In this document: piece after piece, positions 1 to 16,610 of the stretch | Numbering within the stretch: the first letter of the stretch is position 1 | Layout of the letters: every line of letters begins with the position of its first letter | Source: the human T2T-CHM13v2.0 reference genome, Homo sapiens | DNA: 64,000 nt | Reading direction: 5' to 3' (one strand) | NCBI RefSeq assembly: GCF_009914755.1 | Contig: NC_060925.1 | The notes under the pieces: model-generated | Database searches by the model: none | What the model was told of the DNA's origin: nothing | What the model saw: the letters and a program-made list of their open reading frames with translations, nothing else | Program-made: the position numbers and the translations under genes

Positions 1-225
1 GTATTTGTTTTTCTTCTTAATTGTCACTTATTTTGTAAAATACTTATAATTATGTGGGTTAAAAAGTTATTCACTTTGCATCCTAAATGTTTATAACTGT
101 AAGTTTGCCCAATTTACCTAGACACAATGTATTTGAACTTTGAAAGAGGAGCAGGTGTTTGATCTTAGAATGCAAAATCATTACCTTTAAAAAATAATTT
201 TACATTTATTTCAATGTGTTTTCAG

Positions 226-336
226 ATGACAAAGAAATGTTCTCAACTTTTAACTCTTGAGAAACAGCTGGAAGAAAAGATAGTTGCTTATTCCTCTATT
301 GCTGCAAAAAATGCAGAACTAGAACAGGAGCTTATG
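226..336 (+). CDS. CCDC18: CCDC18 internal coding exon (MTKKCSQLL...EQELM)
   Basis: ttcag acceptor, gtaaaa donor; 111 nt, phase 0/0; peptide matches recalled human CCDC18. Confidence 0.93.
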
Positions 337-487
337 GTAAAACTTATCTTTGTTCCTACAAATTTACTGTGATTTTTAGGCACTTAATTTGTGACAGCAC
401 ATTTGTTTTAGCATCATTATTATAAAATATATAGGAAAGTATAAATTCTACTAAACTCTTCTGATCATTTCTTGTTTATATTTTTAA

Positions 488-824
<337 letters not shown>

Positions 825-1044
825 GTTTTCTCATTTTTATCCTAATAGGATTGAAGATAATGGTAGTTCTTTGATATGCTTCTTGATATTTAAAATAGTT
901 TAAATCTTCTCGTCTTGATAAAGTATTTTTAGCCATTTTGTTAAAGTTTGAAGTATAAACTACTGTGGTTCTTTAAAGAATGGAGTATGACATATTTAAT
1001 GGTTGACTAATGTACTTTTATGTAAAACTGCTTTTCAATTATAC

Positions 1045-1292
1045 TTTTTTTTTGAGACAAAGTCTCACTCTGTGGTTCAGGCTGCAGTGCAGTGGCACAA
1101 TCATGGCTCACTACAGCCGTGTCCTCCCAGGCTTCCCCCTGAGCGTCCCCAGAAGCTATGACCACAGGCGCATGCCACCACATCTACTTAGCTAATTTTT
1201 TGTATTTTTCATAGAGACGGGGTCTTGCCGTGTTTCCCAGGCTAGTCTTGAACTCCTGGATTCAAGCGATCTGCCTGCCTTGGCCTCCCAAA
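1045..1292 (-). mobile_element. AluJ-like, 5'-truncated
   Basis: TSD TCAATTATACT. Confidence 0.88.
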
Positions 1293-1328
1293 TCAATTAT
1301 ACTCCTTTAAAGTGTTTTGTGTTTCTAG

Positions 1329-1460
1329 GAAAAGAATGAAAAGATAAGGAGTCTAGAAACCAATATTAATACAGAGCATGAGAAAATTTGTTTAGCCTTT
1401 GAAAAAGCAAAGAAAATTCACTTGGAACAGCATAAAGAAATGGAAAAGCAGATTGAAAGA
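1329..1460 (+). CDS. CCDC18: CCDC18 exon (EKNEKIRS...KQIER)
   Basis: ctag acceptor, gtaagt donor; 132 nt, in frame. Confidence 0.93.
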
Positions 1461-1841
1461 GTAAGTAATACATATTTAGAATATGAGTGCTGAAAAGAAA
1501 CTTAAACATTACTAGCCCCAGCATTTTTTATTTTGTAGACGAGGACACAAAGATACACAAAAGTTAGTGGCAAGAGCTGTAATTAGAATCCCAATCTTTC
1601 TGAATAATTTTTCAGTGCTTTAACAGAATATAGTATGCCTTCTGTTTCAGCTGTAATCATTATTTTTGACATTATTAAAGTAAGAGTAATTCTGTAGACT
1701 CCATTTCCCTAAAAATATCAGTTGCTTGAAGATTGATTGAGAGGAAAAAGCAGAATAAGAGAAGCACTCTTGACCTTGGGTTAAAAGTAGAAAAGAAAAT
1801 TTGAGACCAAAAATGCAAGACACAGTAAAAAAAAATAGATA

Positions 1842-3352
<1,511 letters not shown>

Positions 3353-3354
3353 TA

Positions 3355-4205
3355 ATTTAGATGAGCTTAACAGAAGAATGGAGCAGACAAGAGGAAAAAG
3401 ACAGTGAACTTGAATGTAGATTAATAGATATTATTCAGTCTGAGCAACAGAGAAAAAATTTTTTTTCCAAGAAAAGAAAGATTTATAAAAATATTGAACA
3501 AAGCCTCAGAGATATATGGGGAAGGACCTGGAAGATCTGATATTCTTGTCTTCAGAGTCAAAGGAGAGAATGAGATTAGTGCAGGAAAATATTTGAAGGA
3601 ATAATGTCTGAAAACTTCACAAATTTGATGAAGGAAATAAATTTACAAATTTAAAAAAATCAAAGAGAACTACTTCTAGACACATCAAAATCCTTGCCAA
3701 AAACTAAAACAAAAAACTTTGAAAGCACCCAGAGATAAATGACACTGCATATAAGGGAACAAATGTTAAAATTACTGCAGATTTCTCATCAAAAACTATG
3801 GACATAAGAAGATGGAACAACATTTTTTAAATGCTGAAAGAGAAAAAAACTGTCATTCTATTTTATATCCAACAAAAATACTCTCTAGGAATGAAGGTAA
3901 AATAAAGACATTCTTAGATGAAGGACCGCATAGAGAATTTGTCACCAGCAGACTTGTTCTAAAAGAGAATGCTAAAGAAAGTTCCTCATGGAAAAAAAAT
4001 ACCTGAGAGAAACTTGGGACCTCAGGAATAAAGGAAGAACAACAAAAACAGTAAATATTTGGTAAATATAGGATTTTTATAATATCTATGGCAGTTGAAA
4101 GAAGAAATTATAACATTTACTGATGAGGTATATTGATATAATACATGTGACAACGACAGTGTAAAGGGGGAGGGGTAAAGGGGTCTATATTCTTAGTTTC
4201 TACAT
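3355..4205 (+). mobile_element. Old L1M fragment, ORF1 region
   Basis: ORF 3812..4006 resembles the L1 ORF1 C-terminus (ILYP.K...EGKIKTF.D...REFVTSR). Confidence 0.7.
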
Positions 4206-4210
4206 TTTGC

Positions 4211-5040
4211 CTTTTTTTCTTCAGCCGTTAAGTTCAGGGGTACACGTACAGGAGGTGCAGATTTGTCACATAGGTAAATGTGTGCCATGGTGGTTTGCTG
4301 CACAGATCATCCCATCACTTAGGTATTGAGCCCAGCATCCATTAGCTATTCTTCCTGATGCTCCCTCTCTCCCATCCCACTCCCCTATAGGCCTCAGTAT
4401 GTGTTGTTCCTCCCCATGTCTTCGTGTGTTCTCATCATTCAGCTCCCACTTATAAGTGAGTACGTGCAGTATTTGGTTTTCTGTTCCTGTGTTAGTTTGC
4501 TGAGGATAATGGCTTCCAACTCCATCCGTGTCCCTGTAAAGGAAACGATCTCGTTCCTTTTTATGGCTGCATAGTATTCCATAGTATGTATGTACCACAT
4601 TTTCTTTATCCAGTCTATCACTGATGGGCATTTAGGTTGATTCCATGTCTTTTCTATTGTGAATAGTGCTGCAATGAACATACACATGCATGTATTTTTA
4701 TAATAGAATGACTTACATTCCTTTGGGTATATACCCAGTAATGGGATTGCTGGGTCAAATTGTGTTTCTGCCTCTAGGTCTTTGAGGAAATGCCACACTG
4801 CCTTCCACAATGGTTGAACTAATTTACACTCCCATCAGCAATGTAAAAGTGTTCCTTTTCTCTGCAACCTCTCCAGCATCTGTTTTTTGACTTTTTAATA
4901 ATTGCCATTCTGACTGGCATGAGATGGTATCTCATTGTGGTTTCGATTTGCATTTCTTGAGCGATCAGCAATGTTGAGCTTTTTTTTTGTATGTTTGTTG
5001 TCCACATATATGTCTTCTTTTGAGAAGTGTCTGTTCATGC
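4211..5040 (-). mobile_element. L1PA (older) 3' end
   Basis: ORF2 C-terminus-like peptides ([13 protein letters not shown]) and L1PA 3' UTR. Confidence 0.9.
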
Positions 5041-5199
5041 AAGTGATTTCATTTCTTCCTTAAAAAGAGAGAAGCTGAAGACAATTTGGCAAAATACAAA
5101 AATCTATGTAATTTCAATTATAGTGTCACATGTATTTAATATTTAAAATGTTTCAAAATTTTAAAATATTTAATATGAAAATTCTGTTTTCATGTTTAG

Positions 5200-5334
5200 C
5201 TTGAAGCTCAACTAGAGAAAAAGGACCAACAATTTAAAGAACAAGAAAAGACTATGTCCATGTTGCAACAAGATATAATATGCAAACAACATCATCTTGA
5301 ATCACTAGATAGACTCTTGACGGAAAGCAAAGGG
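5200..5334 (+). CDS. CCDC18: CCDC18 exon (LEAQLEKK...TESKG)
   Basis: ttag acceptor, gtaaaa donor; 135 nt, in frame. Confidence 0.92.
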
Positions 5335-5449
5335 GTAAAATCATCCTTATAAAAGTGCTATTTAGAAGTTGACTAATATTTTATGTCTCTATAACTTGCC
5401 TTTAAATCTAATCAAATCTGCATACTTATACTTTTCTTACTGTTTTTAG

Positions 5450-5527
5450 GAAATGAAAAAGGAAAATATGAAGAAAGATGAAGCTTTAAAAGCATTACAG
5501 AACCAAGTATCTGAAGAAACAATCAAG
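5450..5527 (+). CDS. CCDC18: CCDC18 exon (EMKKENM...EETIK) with GC donor
   Basis: ttag acceptor; 78 nt; the only frame-preserving donor is AAG|gctagt. Confidence 0.85.
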
Positions 5528-5562
5528 GCTAGTATGCTAATACTTTATTTTTCTTTCTTTCC

Positions 5563-5745
5563 TTTTTTTTTTTTTTAACAGACAGAATCTCTCTCATTTG
5601 CCTAGGCTGGAGTGCAGTGGCATGATGATAACTCACTGCAACCTTGAACTCCTGAGCTCAAGTAATCCTCCCACATGAGCCTCCTGAGCAGCTAGGACAA
5701 GCGTGCTTCAACATGCCTGGCTAATTATTTTTTTCTATTTGGAGA
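5563..5745 (-). mobile_element. Partial old Alu
   Basis: poly-T plus one Alu arm. Confidence 0.8.
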
Positions 5746-6149
5746 CATTCTTGTGGCTTTTTTACTTTTCTCTGTAAATTGTAAACATTGTACAGATAAA
5801 AGGCAATTCAGAGCTGACGATTTGATCTGACTCAATGAACTTAGTTCCTTTAAATGTATTTTCTTTAGAGCGAATTATGATCTTAATTATTTGATAGTTA
5901 ATCATCTAGTTTGCAGGTTATCTAGCCTCTTTTTGTCTTAAAACAGTTTTTATAACCCTAAAAATTGTTTTAAATTTTAGCTATAATTGCTACTTATTAA
6001 CATTACCAAAAAAAAAGAAAATTACCAGAGGAAGTGGAGGAAGAGAAAACTAAAAGTGATTCAATTTTGCTTGTTTTTATCAGTTGGCTTGTAAGATTAA
6101 TTGAGATAAAGCCAGAATTTCTAGCTAAAATACGGCTTTCTGGCTAGTA

Positions 6150-6360
6150 TATCTTCATGGTTAAAAACATGGGCTTTGTTGTTAAATTGGGTTTCAGTGT
6201 GGCTTCAAGTGCTTACCCACTCACTGTAACCTTAGCCAGGTTATTTAACTCTTTGAACTTTAATTTCTTCATCCACAAAATAGGAATGACAATACCCTAG
6301 AAGAGCATTAGTGTGAGAATTAAATGAAACAGGGTATATAAAGTGCTTAGCACATACTGA
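6150..6360 (+). mobile_element. MIR
   Basis: tgtaaccttagccaggttatttaac...aaagtgcttagcaca MIR core. Confidence 0.65.
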
Positions 6361-7488
6361 GTTGCCCGAAGTTTTGTAACTAACTGCTATATATTTAGTA
6401 TTTTCTCTTGCATTTTTAGTGTTAAACGTAGGTCCAAATATGCTATGACGTTTATTCTGTCATATGTAGCTTGAATATAAAAGATTTGCTTTAAAGATAC
6501 GATGTTATTTTTTCCCTATTCTGTTTTTAATTCATTTTGTGACTGTGTATGCCCATGTAGACATGTGTTTATTCATAAATATTCCTGTAGTATTCACCAA
6601 AACTCTTAACATTTAATGCAATGTCAGTTCATTTCCCTGTGTAAGAATAGCCCCAAATTTCATTAATATTAAAAAATGATTACTGTACAGAGATTGTAGG
6701 CATGAAATACTTTTATTAGATAAAACTCATGCAGCCACTTAACTCCTGGTTTTCATTAAACTACCTAACGTAACTGGGCAGTCATCTGGTGAGGTATTTC
6801 CGTGTGTTAATAGCCAGATATGAGATGGAAAAGAAATCAGCAAAAGAATGAAGTATGATGTTGGATTTTATTCCTTTAACATCTTTAGCAGGTTTGCTGT
6901 TTGGGGAAAAATCAAAATGAGTAAGAAATATAGAAGCCAAATTCCTATGATTTAAGCTATATTGACTGATTCTACACATAAGTTATTTATAGCAGCAAAA
7001 TAGAAGCCTGAAGTCTACTTCTCTCCTGATTATGTCATTACTACCTTCCTTTCATGACTTTTGTTCATGTCTCTCAACATGCCTCAACTTGTTCTCTGCA
7101 AAAGAAATATGAATTTTTTTATCTATAGGAAAGTTATAAGGGTCAGTTTAAAGTTGTATCACTAAGCTAAAAGGTTGATGATAAAATTCTGAACTGGTAA
7201 CAAGAAATCAGTAAATTAAACCAGTTGTTACCTGCTGTTAAATGGAAAATTGAAAAGGTGCTTATTAGACTTACAGATTTTATTTCTTTTGTTTTGTTTT
7301 CCTCTTATTTTCTACTTTAGATTCCCCAAAACCCCCACAAAAAAGTCTTAAACATAAAAGAAGAGTTTACCTTCTTTTTTTGAAGATGCATAGCCTAGGG
7401 CCCTATCTGGTTGTCTCCAGATTGTGCACCTGAGGAGCTTCTTTGGTTCAGCAGAGTGGTGTTTGTTTTTGTTTTGATTTCATTTATT

Positions 7489-7491
<3 letters not shown>

Positions 7492-7528
<37 letters not shown>
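7492..7528. repeat. (AC)n microsatellite, about 18 units
   Basis: read directly. Confidence 0.95.
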
Positions 7529-7529
<1 letters not shown>

Positions 7530-9080
7530 TTGCAAGTGGTTTGTATACAATGCAAGATGTTTATCTGTATGAGATTCAGACTTTCAAACTCTGTTCAAAT
7601 AAGAAATTCAATAGAGTAGCGGATGTTTTGGGTTTTTAATTAGTTTTTTATTAGCTATAATTGATTTATTTCTAATTTATTTTTTAAAATTTCAAGCCCA
7701 CAAAAAATTGAAAAAATAGTCTACTCCTCACCTAGATTCACTCTCTGTTAAACTCTATTAAACTCTAGGTACACTCACTTTATCTCTCTCTACACATACA
7801 CATGCATGCATGCTTGTGTGTGTCCCTACCAACCCACCTCCCTTTTGCCAAACCGCCTGAGAGAAGGTACGGATGTCATAATACTTTACCCCTTTAATAC
7901 TTAACATGCATCTCCTGTGAACAGAGAATTTCTTCTGTATGGCCACACCACCACTACACTACAGAGAAAGTCAACATTAAGTTAGTAATATCATTCAACA
8001 TTGTCCGTACTAAAATTTCCCCAATTACTTAAAATTGTCCTTTATAGCCTTGCTACTCAAAGCATGGTCTGTGAACTAGCAGCATCAGCATCACCTGGAA
8101 GCTTTGAAGAGTATCTAGCCATGCCCCAGACCTGATTCACCCCAGTGAATCAAGTGTGATGACACAAAATTTAAGGAGACACTCTCAGGATTATATACCT
8201 TATTTAATTTGATGACTGCCAGATCTCATTATTTTAAGGGCATACATTTTCATTGATAATTAGCAAACTAACTTTGGGGTGAGTCTTTGAGGCCATGTGA
8301 ATATCCTGTTCCTCAATAACCTTATAATCAATGGCTTTCATATCTAATGATGAATCTTGCCCAAATGAGTTATTACACTGTTAACTATTAGGTAGTGATA
8401 TTCTGACAGAATCATAGGTTTTATTTATTTTCTCTGTGTGAAGGATGATACAAGTCCCAATGCCCATTCTCTTTCATAAAAAAGAAAATTTCTAAGTATT
8501 TATAATTTTCATAAAACAAATGTTAATTAGTCATTCAGAATTACAGATTTTTTAGCTGTTAATGATTTCATATACAGACTATAAGGGTGGTGTTCAAAAA
8601 CTGTGTATCTTATAAGATTCCCTTTTTAGAAATAAGAGTGGCAAAGATAATTTCATGATGTAGAATAGAATCTGCAAGAGAGAATGTTTTTCTCGTTTTT
8701 TCATCTGCTAAGAAATCTAAGATTTCTTTCACTTTTTCAAGACTGCTTACTAGAACATTATTAGCATTAAGAGGAAGAACACCATTGAGAAGCTCAAATT
8801 TACAATAAAGAAAACAAGGAGCAAGACAAGAATCTTAATAGATGAGATGTGGAGCATGTATGCAATATGTGCGCCTTGAACGAAAAGTACCAAATTTGAG
8901 TTGCTCTTTGGTATTAAGGTAGTAAAGCAGTGGCAACTATATGAACACTTGGACCAAGTTAAATTGCTGCCTTTCTGAAAATATTTTCACTGTTTCAAAG
9001 CAAAGAAGGTTTCACTTCTTTTTTTCTAGCTGACAAATTATTTTCTTAGTAACTTCAGCATTTCAAAATATTCTCACTTA

Positions 9081-9381
<301 letters not shown>

Positions 9382-9919
9382 TCACTTAAGCATCATTAAC
9401 AGTATGCTAGTTTGTACTCACTTTCCTATTTTTCTTATTCAAGGAGGCTTAAGAAGTAGGTTTAAATACCACTTACCTTTTAAAGAAAAGTTTTTAGAGT
9501 GTTTGGCCTACAGGTTCTTGACAGTTGGCCCTAGTTTATCTTGTCAATTGTGGCTCCCAAATAACCATTTCCTACAAATTCATCTTCTTACTACCCTAGG
9601 CTTTTGCCAACTTCTCACCACTCCCTTTCGCAGGGCCTTGCTTCTGAGCATACTCCCTTTTCCTGGAATGCCCTTCTAAACTTGTCCAACTCTTGTTTAT
9701 TCTTCAGGATTCCATACCTTGGTTTTCTCTTTGGTTTCCTCATTTGCAATGAAGAATTAGTTTACTCAATAAATATCTTCTATAATGGCATTTTATATCC
9801 TAAGTAGGACTGTATATTCACTATTTGAAGCAGTCAGGTAACATTAGGAGATAAATCTGTAAAATATTGAGTATATCGTTTTGTGTTTTTTTTTTTTTTT
9901 TGCTTTTTTTCCTGCTTAG

Positions 9920-10036
9920 GTTAGGCAACTAGATTCAGCATTGGAAATTTGTAAGGAAGAACTTGTCTTGCATTTGAATCAATTGGAAGGAAATAAGGAA
10001 AAGTTTGAAAAACAGTTAAAGAAGAAATCTGAAGAG
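9920..10036 (+). CDS. CCDC18: CCDC18 exon (VRQLDSAL...KKSEE)
   Basis: long poly-T tract then ttag acceptor; gtaaat donor; 117 nt. Confidence 0.92.
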
Positions 10037-10079
10037 GTAAATTAACATTTACTTTATATATAGCATATATTTCAAGTGA

Positions 10080-10424
<345 letters not shown>

Positions 10425-10761
10425 TAATATCTTTTATGTATCTGATATAAAAAAGTATTTCCAATAAAATGTAAATTCCAATTTTATTTTCTTTAAAGAG
10501 CAAACATTTCAATGCAAAATAGAATATACCTTAAAATTCTAATTCTTTTATTTTTAGGGAATCAGAAGAATAAATTATTAATATTACAGTCATTCTAATA
10601 TAATATTACATGACACCTTGAACATTGTTTTAGATTTAGAGGTTTAAAATTCTTCAAGAATTTTTCATTTTGTTTTTGTTCTTGTTGTCTGTAGGATTGA
10701 GAATTAACTTTAGAATTTCAACTTTTTTAAGATAAGTTTCTCAGATACTGCATTGGAAACC

Positions 10762-11054
10762 TTTTTTTTTTTTTTTTTTTTTTGAGATGGAGTCTTGCTC
10801 TGTCGCCCAGGCTCGGCTCACTGCAACCTCCACCTCCTGGGTTCAAGCAATTTTCTTGCCTCAGCCCCCTGAGTAGCTGGGACTATAGGCGCATGCTGCC
10901 ACGCCCGGCTAATTTTTTGTATTTTTTTTTTTTTAGTAGAGACGGGGTTTCACCATGTTGCCCAGGCTGGTCACAAACTCCTGAACTCAGGCAATCCTGC
11001 CACCTTGGCCTCCCAAAGTGTTGGGATTACAGGCATGAGCCACTGCACCCAGAC
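10762..11054 (-). mobile_element. AluS
   Basis: TSD TTGGAAAC; small internal deletion. Confidence 0.9.
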
Positions 11055-11258
11055 TTGGAAACTTTTCTTGAACATCTTACTCATCTCTGTATGCTCAATT
11101 TGTAGCACTTTACTTTGGTTAGGCACTCACTAAACATTTGCTCAAATGGATAATCGTAATGAAGAATGTATTTGTTAGAATTTATAATGTATATATTTTA
11201 AGGTTAAAATTTATTTTTAGAAATCGTTCCCAATGAATCTTCATCAAGGTTGACTTTT

Positions 11259-11575
<317 letters not shown>

Positions 11576-12500
11576 TTTATTTATATTTACATATTAGTCA
11601 AGATCGATTTGACTATATCAGAAAGGTCCAATGAGAAAAACAGAAGCCTTTATATCTTTTAAATAGAGCAAATTTATACAGAGAATTAGATACACAGGTG
11701 ATGAAAGGGTAGAGAAGCCAAACAGTATACCACAGTGACTCAGAGATTATTATAAGCAGGGACCCGCTACCATTGTTAAGGTTAGAGGAACATCAGGAAA
11801 AGATGGTGTGATCATAGTCTAGAAGCAGGGCTGCCTATCTGGAGCTGGGGCCAAAGAAAAAAGGTCTGTCCAATAGGAACTGGGGCAATAGAGGAGGAGC
11901 ACTGCAGCTACTGGCCATTCCCATTGGCCAAACCTATTTGTAATCTAGAGGGCAAAGGAGGCCAAGAAATGCAGTTTCCTGCAATACACAGAGCAGAACA
12001 GGGGAAAGCCATAGGTAAATCTAAGAGTAAATAATGTAGTTGACCAGCACTCCAGACTTAGGTGCATCAAGTAATTATATAGCCTTAGAAGTTTAAAAAA
12101 AAAAAAAAAAACTTCAGATTTAATACGGTCATGTCTTCTTCTGTCTACCTTCCCTTATGAAGGTTTTTATAGCATCTTTGACAGGCATATATTTTTCTAC
12201 TCCAATACATAGAAACTAAATCATCTAAACTGTATGTACTTGGATTTTTAAAAATAGGAATGTCCTTTTTTTTTTTTACTATGATCATCTTTAAAGTAGT
12301 ATACAAAATACATTATTTTGGCATTTATTCTACTGCCCATACCCACACTCCGCTTCATAATAAATAGACTTGGCAGAGATGGAATCTACCTGGAGGTAGG
12401 CAGCATTTGTAACAGGAGAATCTGTTGAGCTTTAGACTTTGCATTCATAGAAACAACATCAGAGACTAGGGTGGATAACAGATATTTACACACAAAATAA

Positions 12501-12683
<183 letters not shown>

Positions 12684-13806
12684 TGATTTTTACAACTGGA
12701 AATACATACCTAGGCTCAAACTGAATTAGAAACCAGAAGTGGTAATCAGGTATATTTGACCAGACTAGGGAGTAAGTAAATTAGAAAGATTTGCAAGCTC
12801 ATTTATTGCCGCTCAATCCTTAGCTCAACTGCACATGCATTGGCTTGCTTACTTAAAAGGTCATCTGTCACATGTTCATGTGTATTGATAAAAAACGTGG
12901 AGAAGAATCCAAGTACTAACTGTTGACTTATTTGCCTTTACAGCAAATTATGTCTTACAGAGAAAATTCTTTCTAATGTTGGTTAATATAATTAACACCT
13001 TGTAACAGCAGAGTTGTGAAGTTTTCATCATATATAGCTACATTTTAGAAAATCTGATTTGAGTAATAGTGCATCCATTCCGTTAATAATAGGTGATATT
13101 ATAAAGATGTTCTTATCTTTTAAATCAGGGAATATGCCCCAATCATATAACTCACTGAATAATTAAGTGGCCCTAGGGCATATAGGTAGAAATTTAGCCA
13201 GTTGTAAAAACTACATGTTGATTACCCGTTGCAAAAAGCTAATATATGTTCCTCTGAGCTTTTGCCTCAGCCACATATTCTTTTCCGGATGTTGAAATAA
13301 ATATATTTATGATGAAAATAATACTTTGGGGTTCTGAATTTTTGGAAGATATTTAATTTCATATTAAAATGTTTTTAACAATGCTTTTAAAATAATAAAG
13401 TTATGTGTTCATGCAAAATTACATTGTCAACATGATAAAAGAAACTCAATACAAAGTAGATGCGACTAAGCCTAAATGTTTTCTGCATAAAGATTTTATT
13501 CAATAAAATCAGTCGTTTCATTGATAAATATCTTCATTTAAATGGATGGACTTAGATTTTGAGAAGCTGGCATCATATTTCTGCATTATATTTTATTTTT
13601 AAGCAACAATTATGAGACTTTCTGCTTTGGGTACATAGTGATACTAGATAAAGTTAAGTGTAAGGTAGATTTTATCATCTAAATTCTACTTTCTTATTTA
13701 CTTCAATTATAAAATATTAAGTACTCTGGGAATATAATAATACATTAGTAGAAAATATGATGTAAAAACAATTTGTTCTGTATTTACTTTTAAACTAAAG
13801 CCAACT

Positions 13807-14119
<313 letters not shown>

Positions 14120-15459
14120 TCAGTACAATGAAATGTCAGTGTAAGTTTGATAGATATATGTTCTATTTTGTAAATATTTGTGATAACTAATTTTAGCTAT
14201 TTCAATATATGTAATTGAAATGTCAGTGACTAGATTACTGAAATAAAATTTTGTTGTTATTATGTGGTAAGGCTTTGTGTTTTGGTTAGATCTTATTTTT
14301 TTCTTCTGTTTTGTCTTATTTTAATATTTTGTCCATTTTTTTCTCTGAATAGGTAAGTATGAAACAGGATGTTCCAATAAAGAAAAAAAGAGTATTTAAA
14401 CCTGTCTTGCAGGCAAGTCAGTTCTATCTAAAATAAACCAGTGCAGAAGTGTGATCTGCAGGTTTGGTCAGGAGCTAAGAGAGAAAACAAAACAGGTGAT
14501 ACTGACACATATTTACACTAAATTATTTTCATGCAGACAGAATTAAACAAAACATATTTGCATGAAAAGGGATTATAATTCAGGATTAGAGATCAGTTAG
14601 TTGCCTGTGATATCCAGGGTTACTTCGAGTATACAACATCATCATATAATTAAGAAATCTGAAATCTCAGAGCTTCTCATAATGAGCAAAGAATATTTGG
14701 CCCTGAAGGCCTTAATGTTCACCTGCTGGATAGTTAGAAAAAAGAAGCAAGTCGTGATTCTCTTCCGCTATTTACTATAAGGAGTTTAAATTTCCTTTTG
14801 GAATGATATTTACTGGAAAGATTCTTTGCTTTAAAGGAATGGCTTTATTTTCCTTCACTTAAAAAATTTATTATATAAGCAACAACAAGAAAACTTCTAA
14901 AGAACATTTACCTACAGCCCATTCTCTAATACTTCAGTTTTCATTTTTCTGTTTGCATGTATATTTTTCAAAATTATATTAATGAAATGTGATTTTTTAA
15001 CTTTATAAATTTTTATGTTAGCTGTCTTTTTAATTATTTTAAATGGTTGCACATTTTAAATCACATTGACAATCATCACTTATTAAATCTTCCATTCACT
15101 TTGGTAGGAGATGAAGAATATTATAAAATATATTTTAAATTATGTTTCATTGTTGATAGTATTTTAAAAATAATTTCTGCTGGCATATTTTTAGAATTTG
15201 GATTACTAGGACAAAGGGAATTTATTTTTCTTCTTAATAGGTGCTCTTGGATAAAAGTATCTTAAAGCAATTTTGGAGACCATCATATTCAAGTCCTAAA
15301 TATATAGAGTAATTAGTGAAATTTCTTAGTTGTTATTGTCATTCCTTTATGTGTTTTTTTGTAGCATAAATATTCAGCAGTGCTTTGCTGGGATATTATT
15401 ATATAAACAACAGCAATAATAGCAACAATAACAATAAATAGCACCAAACATCATATAGT

Positions 15460-15830
15460 GCTTTTATGGCTCTAGTTTATTATTAGAAAGGGTGAAAGAA
15501 TCAGGTGAAGTGCAGATAAAACCATGGCTGCCTATGCTGTTCCCTCCTTCTGGGAGAGGTCAGACAGAACATGCTCCTTTTTATAGCAGTAAAATGTGGC
15601 AATATCTGTTTCTGCCTAGGGAAGCCTATTTATGACTCAAAGTTCAGGGTTTTTATTGGGGGCTTGTCACACAGGAACAATGACCAGCCTACAAGTATCA
15701 AAAATTCCAGAATTCTAAAGGAAGGCATGTTTCAGTGCCCCAGCCAGGCAAAACAACCTCATCACTTAGGAACATTTTTAAAGCCACATTTCCAGACACC
15801 AACCAAGAGCAATCCTATAAGCAAGCCCTT
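15460..15830. mobile_element. MER21-like LTR fragment
   Basis: ctgcctagggaagcc...cagggtttttattggggg motif. Confidence 0.5.
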
Positions 15831-16012
15831 CCAGTACATCTCCCCATTAGAAAAATGAATACTGTCCTTCCAATGACAAACTATAGACATGAATGCAATT
15901 GTCCCACATGACAAGTGGATGGTTATCTAATAAGGAGGACAGCTTTGACATTTTATTGCCATTTATTTGAAACATTGCATTGTATTGAGAGATATATATA
16001 TATATTTGCCAG

Positions 16013-16180
16013 GTATATTGTTTACAGAAAGAGCTAAAGATAAAAAATCACAGTCTTCAAGAGACTTCTGAGCAAAACGTTATTCTACAGCATACTCTTC
16101 AGCAACAGCAGCAAATGTTACAACAAGAGACAATTAGAAATGGAGAGCTAGAAGATACTCAAACTAAACTTGAAAAACAG
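16013..16180 (+). CDS. CCDC18: CCDC18 exon (VYCLQKEL...KLEKQ)
   Basis: ccag acceptor, gtatat donor; 168 nt; overlaps ORF 16115..16303. Confidence 0.92.
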
Positions 16181-16256
16181 GTATATATTATTAGCCCAAG
16201 ATTGTTTTATTTGTATGAAATAGAAATTTTTAAAATCATGAATAGATTTTTCGTTA

Positions 16257-16610
<354 letters not shown>

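Noticed and set aside
11610-12050. Possible old ERVL/MaLR LTR fragment
   Set aside because: Too diverged to name or delimit without an HMM search
14380-14400. KKRVF as a PP1 RVxF docking motif
   Set aside because: Spacing is V-F rather than V-x-F
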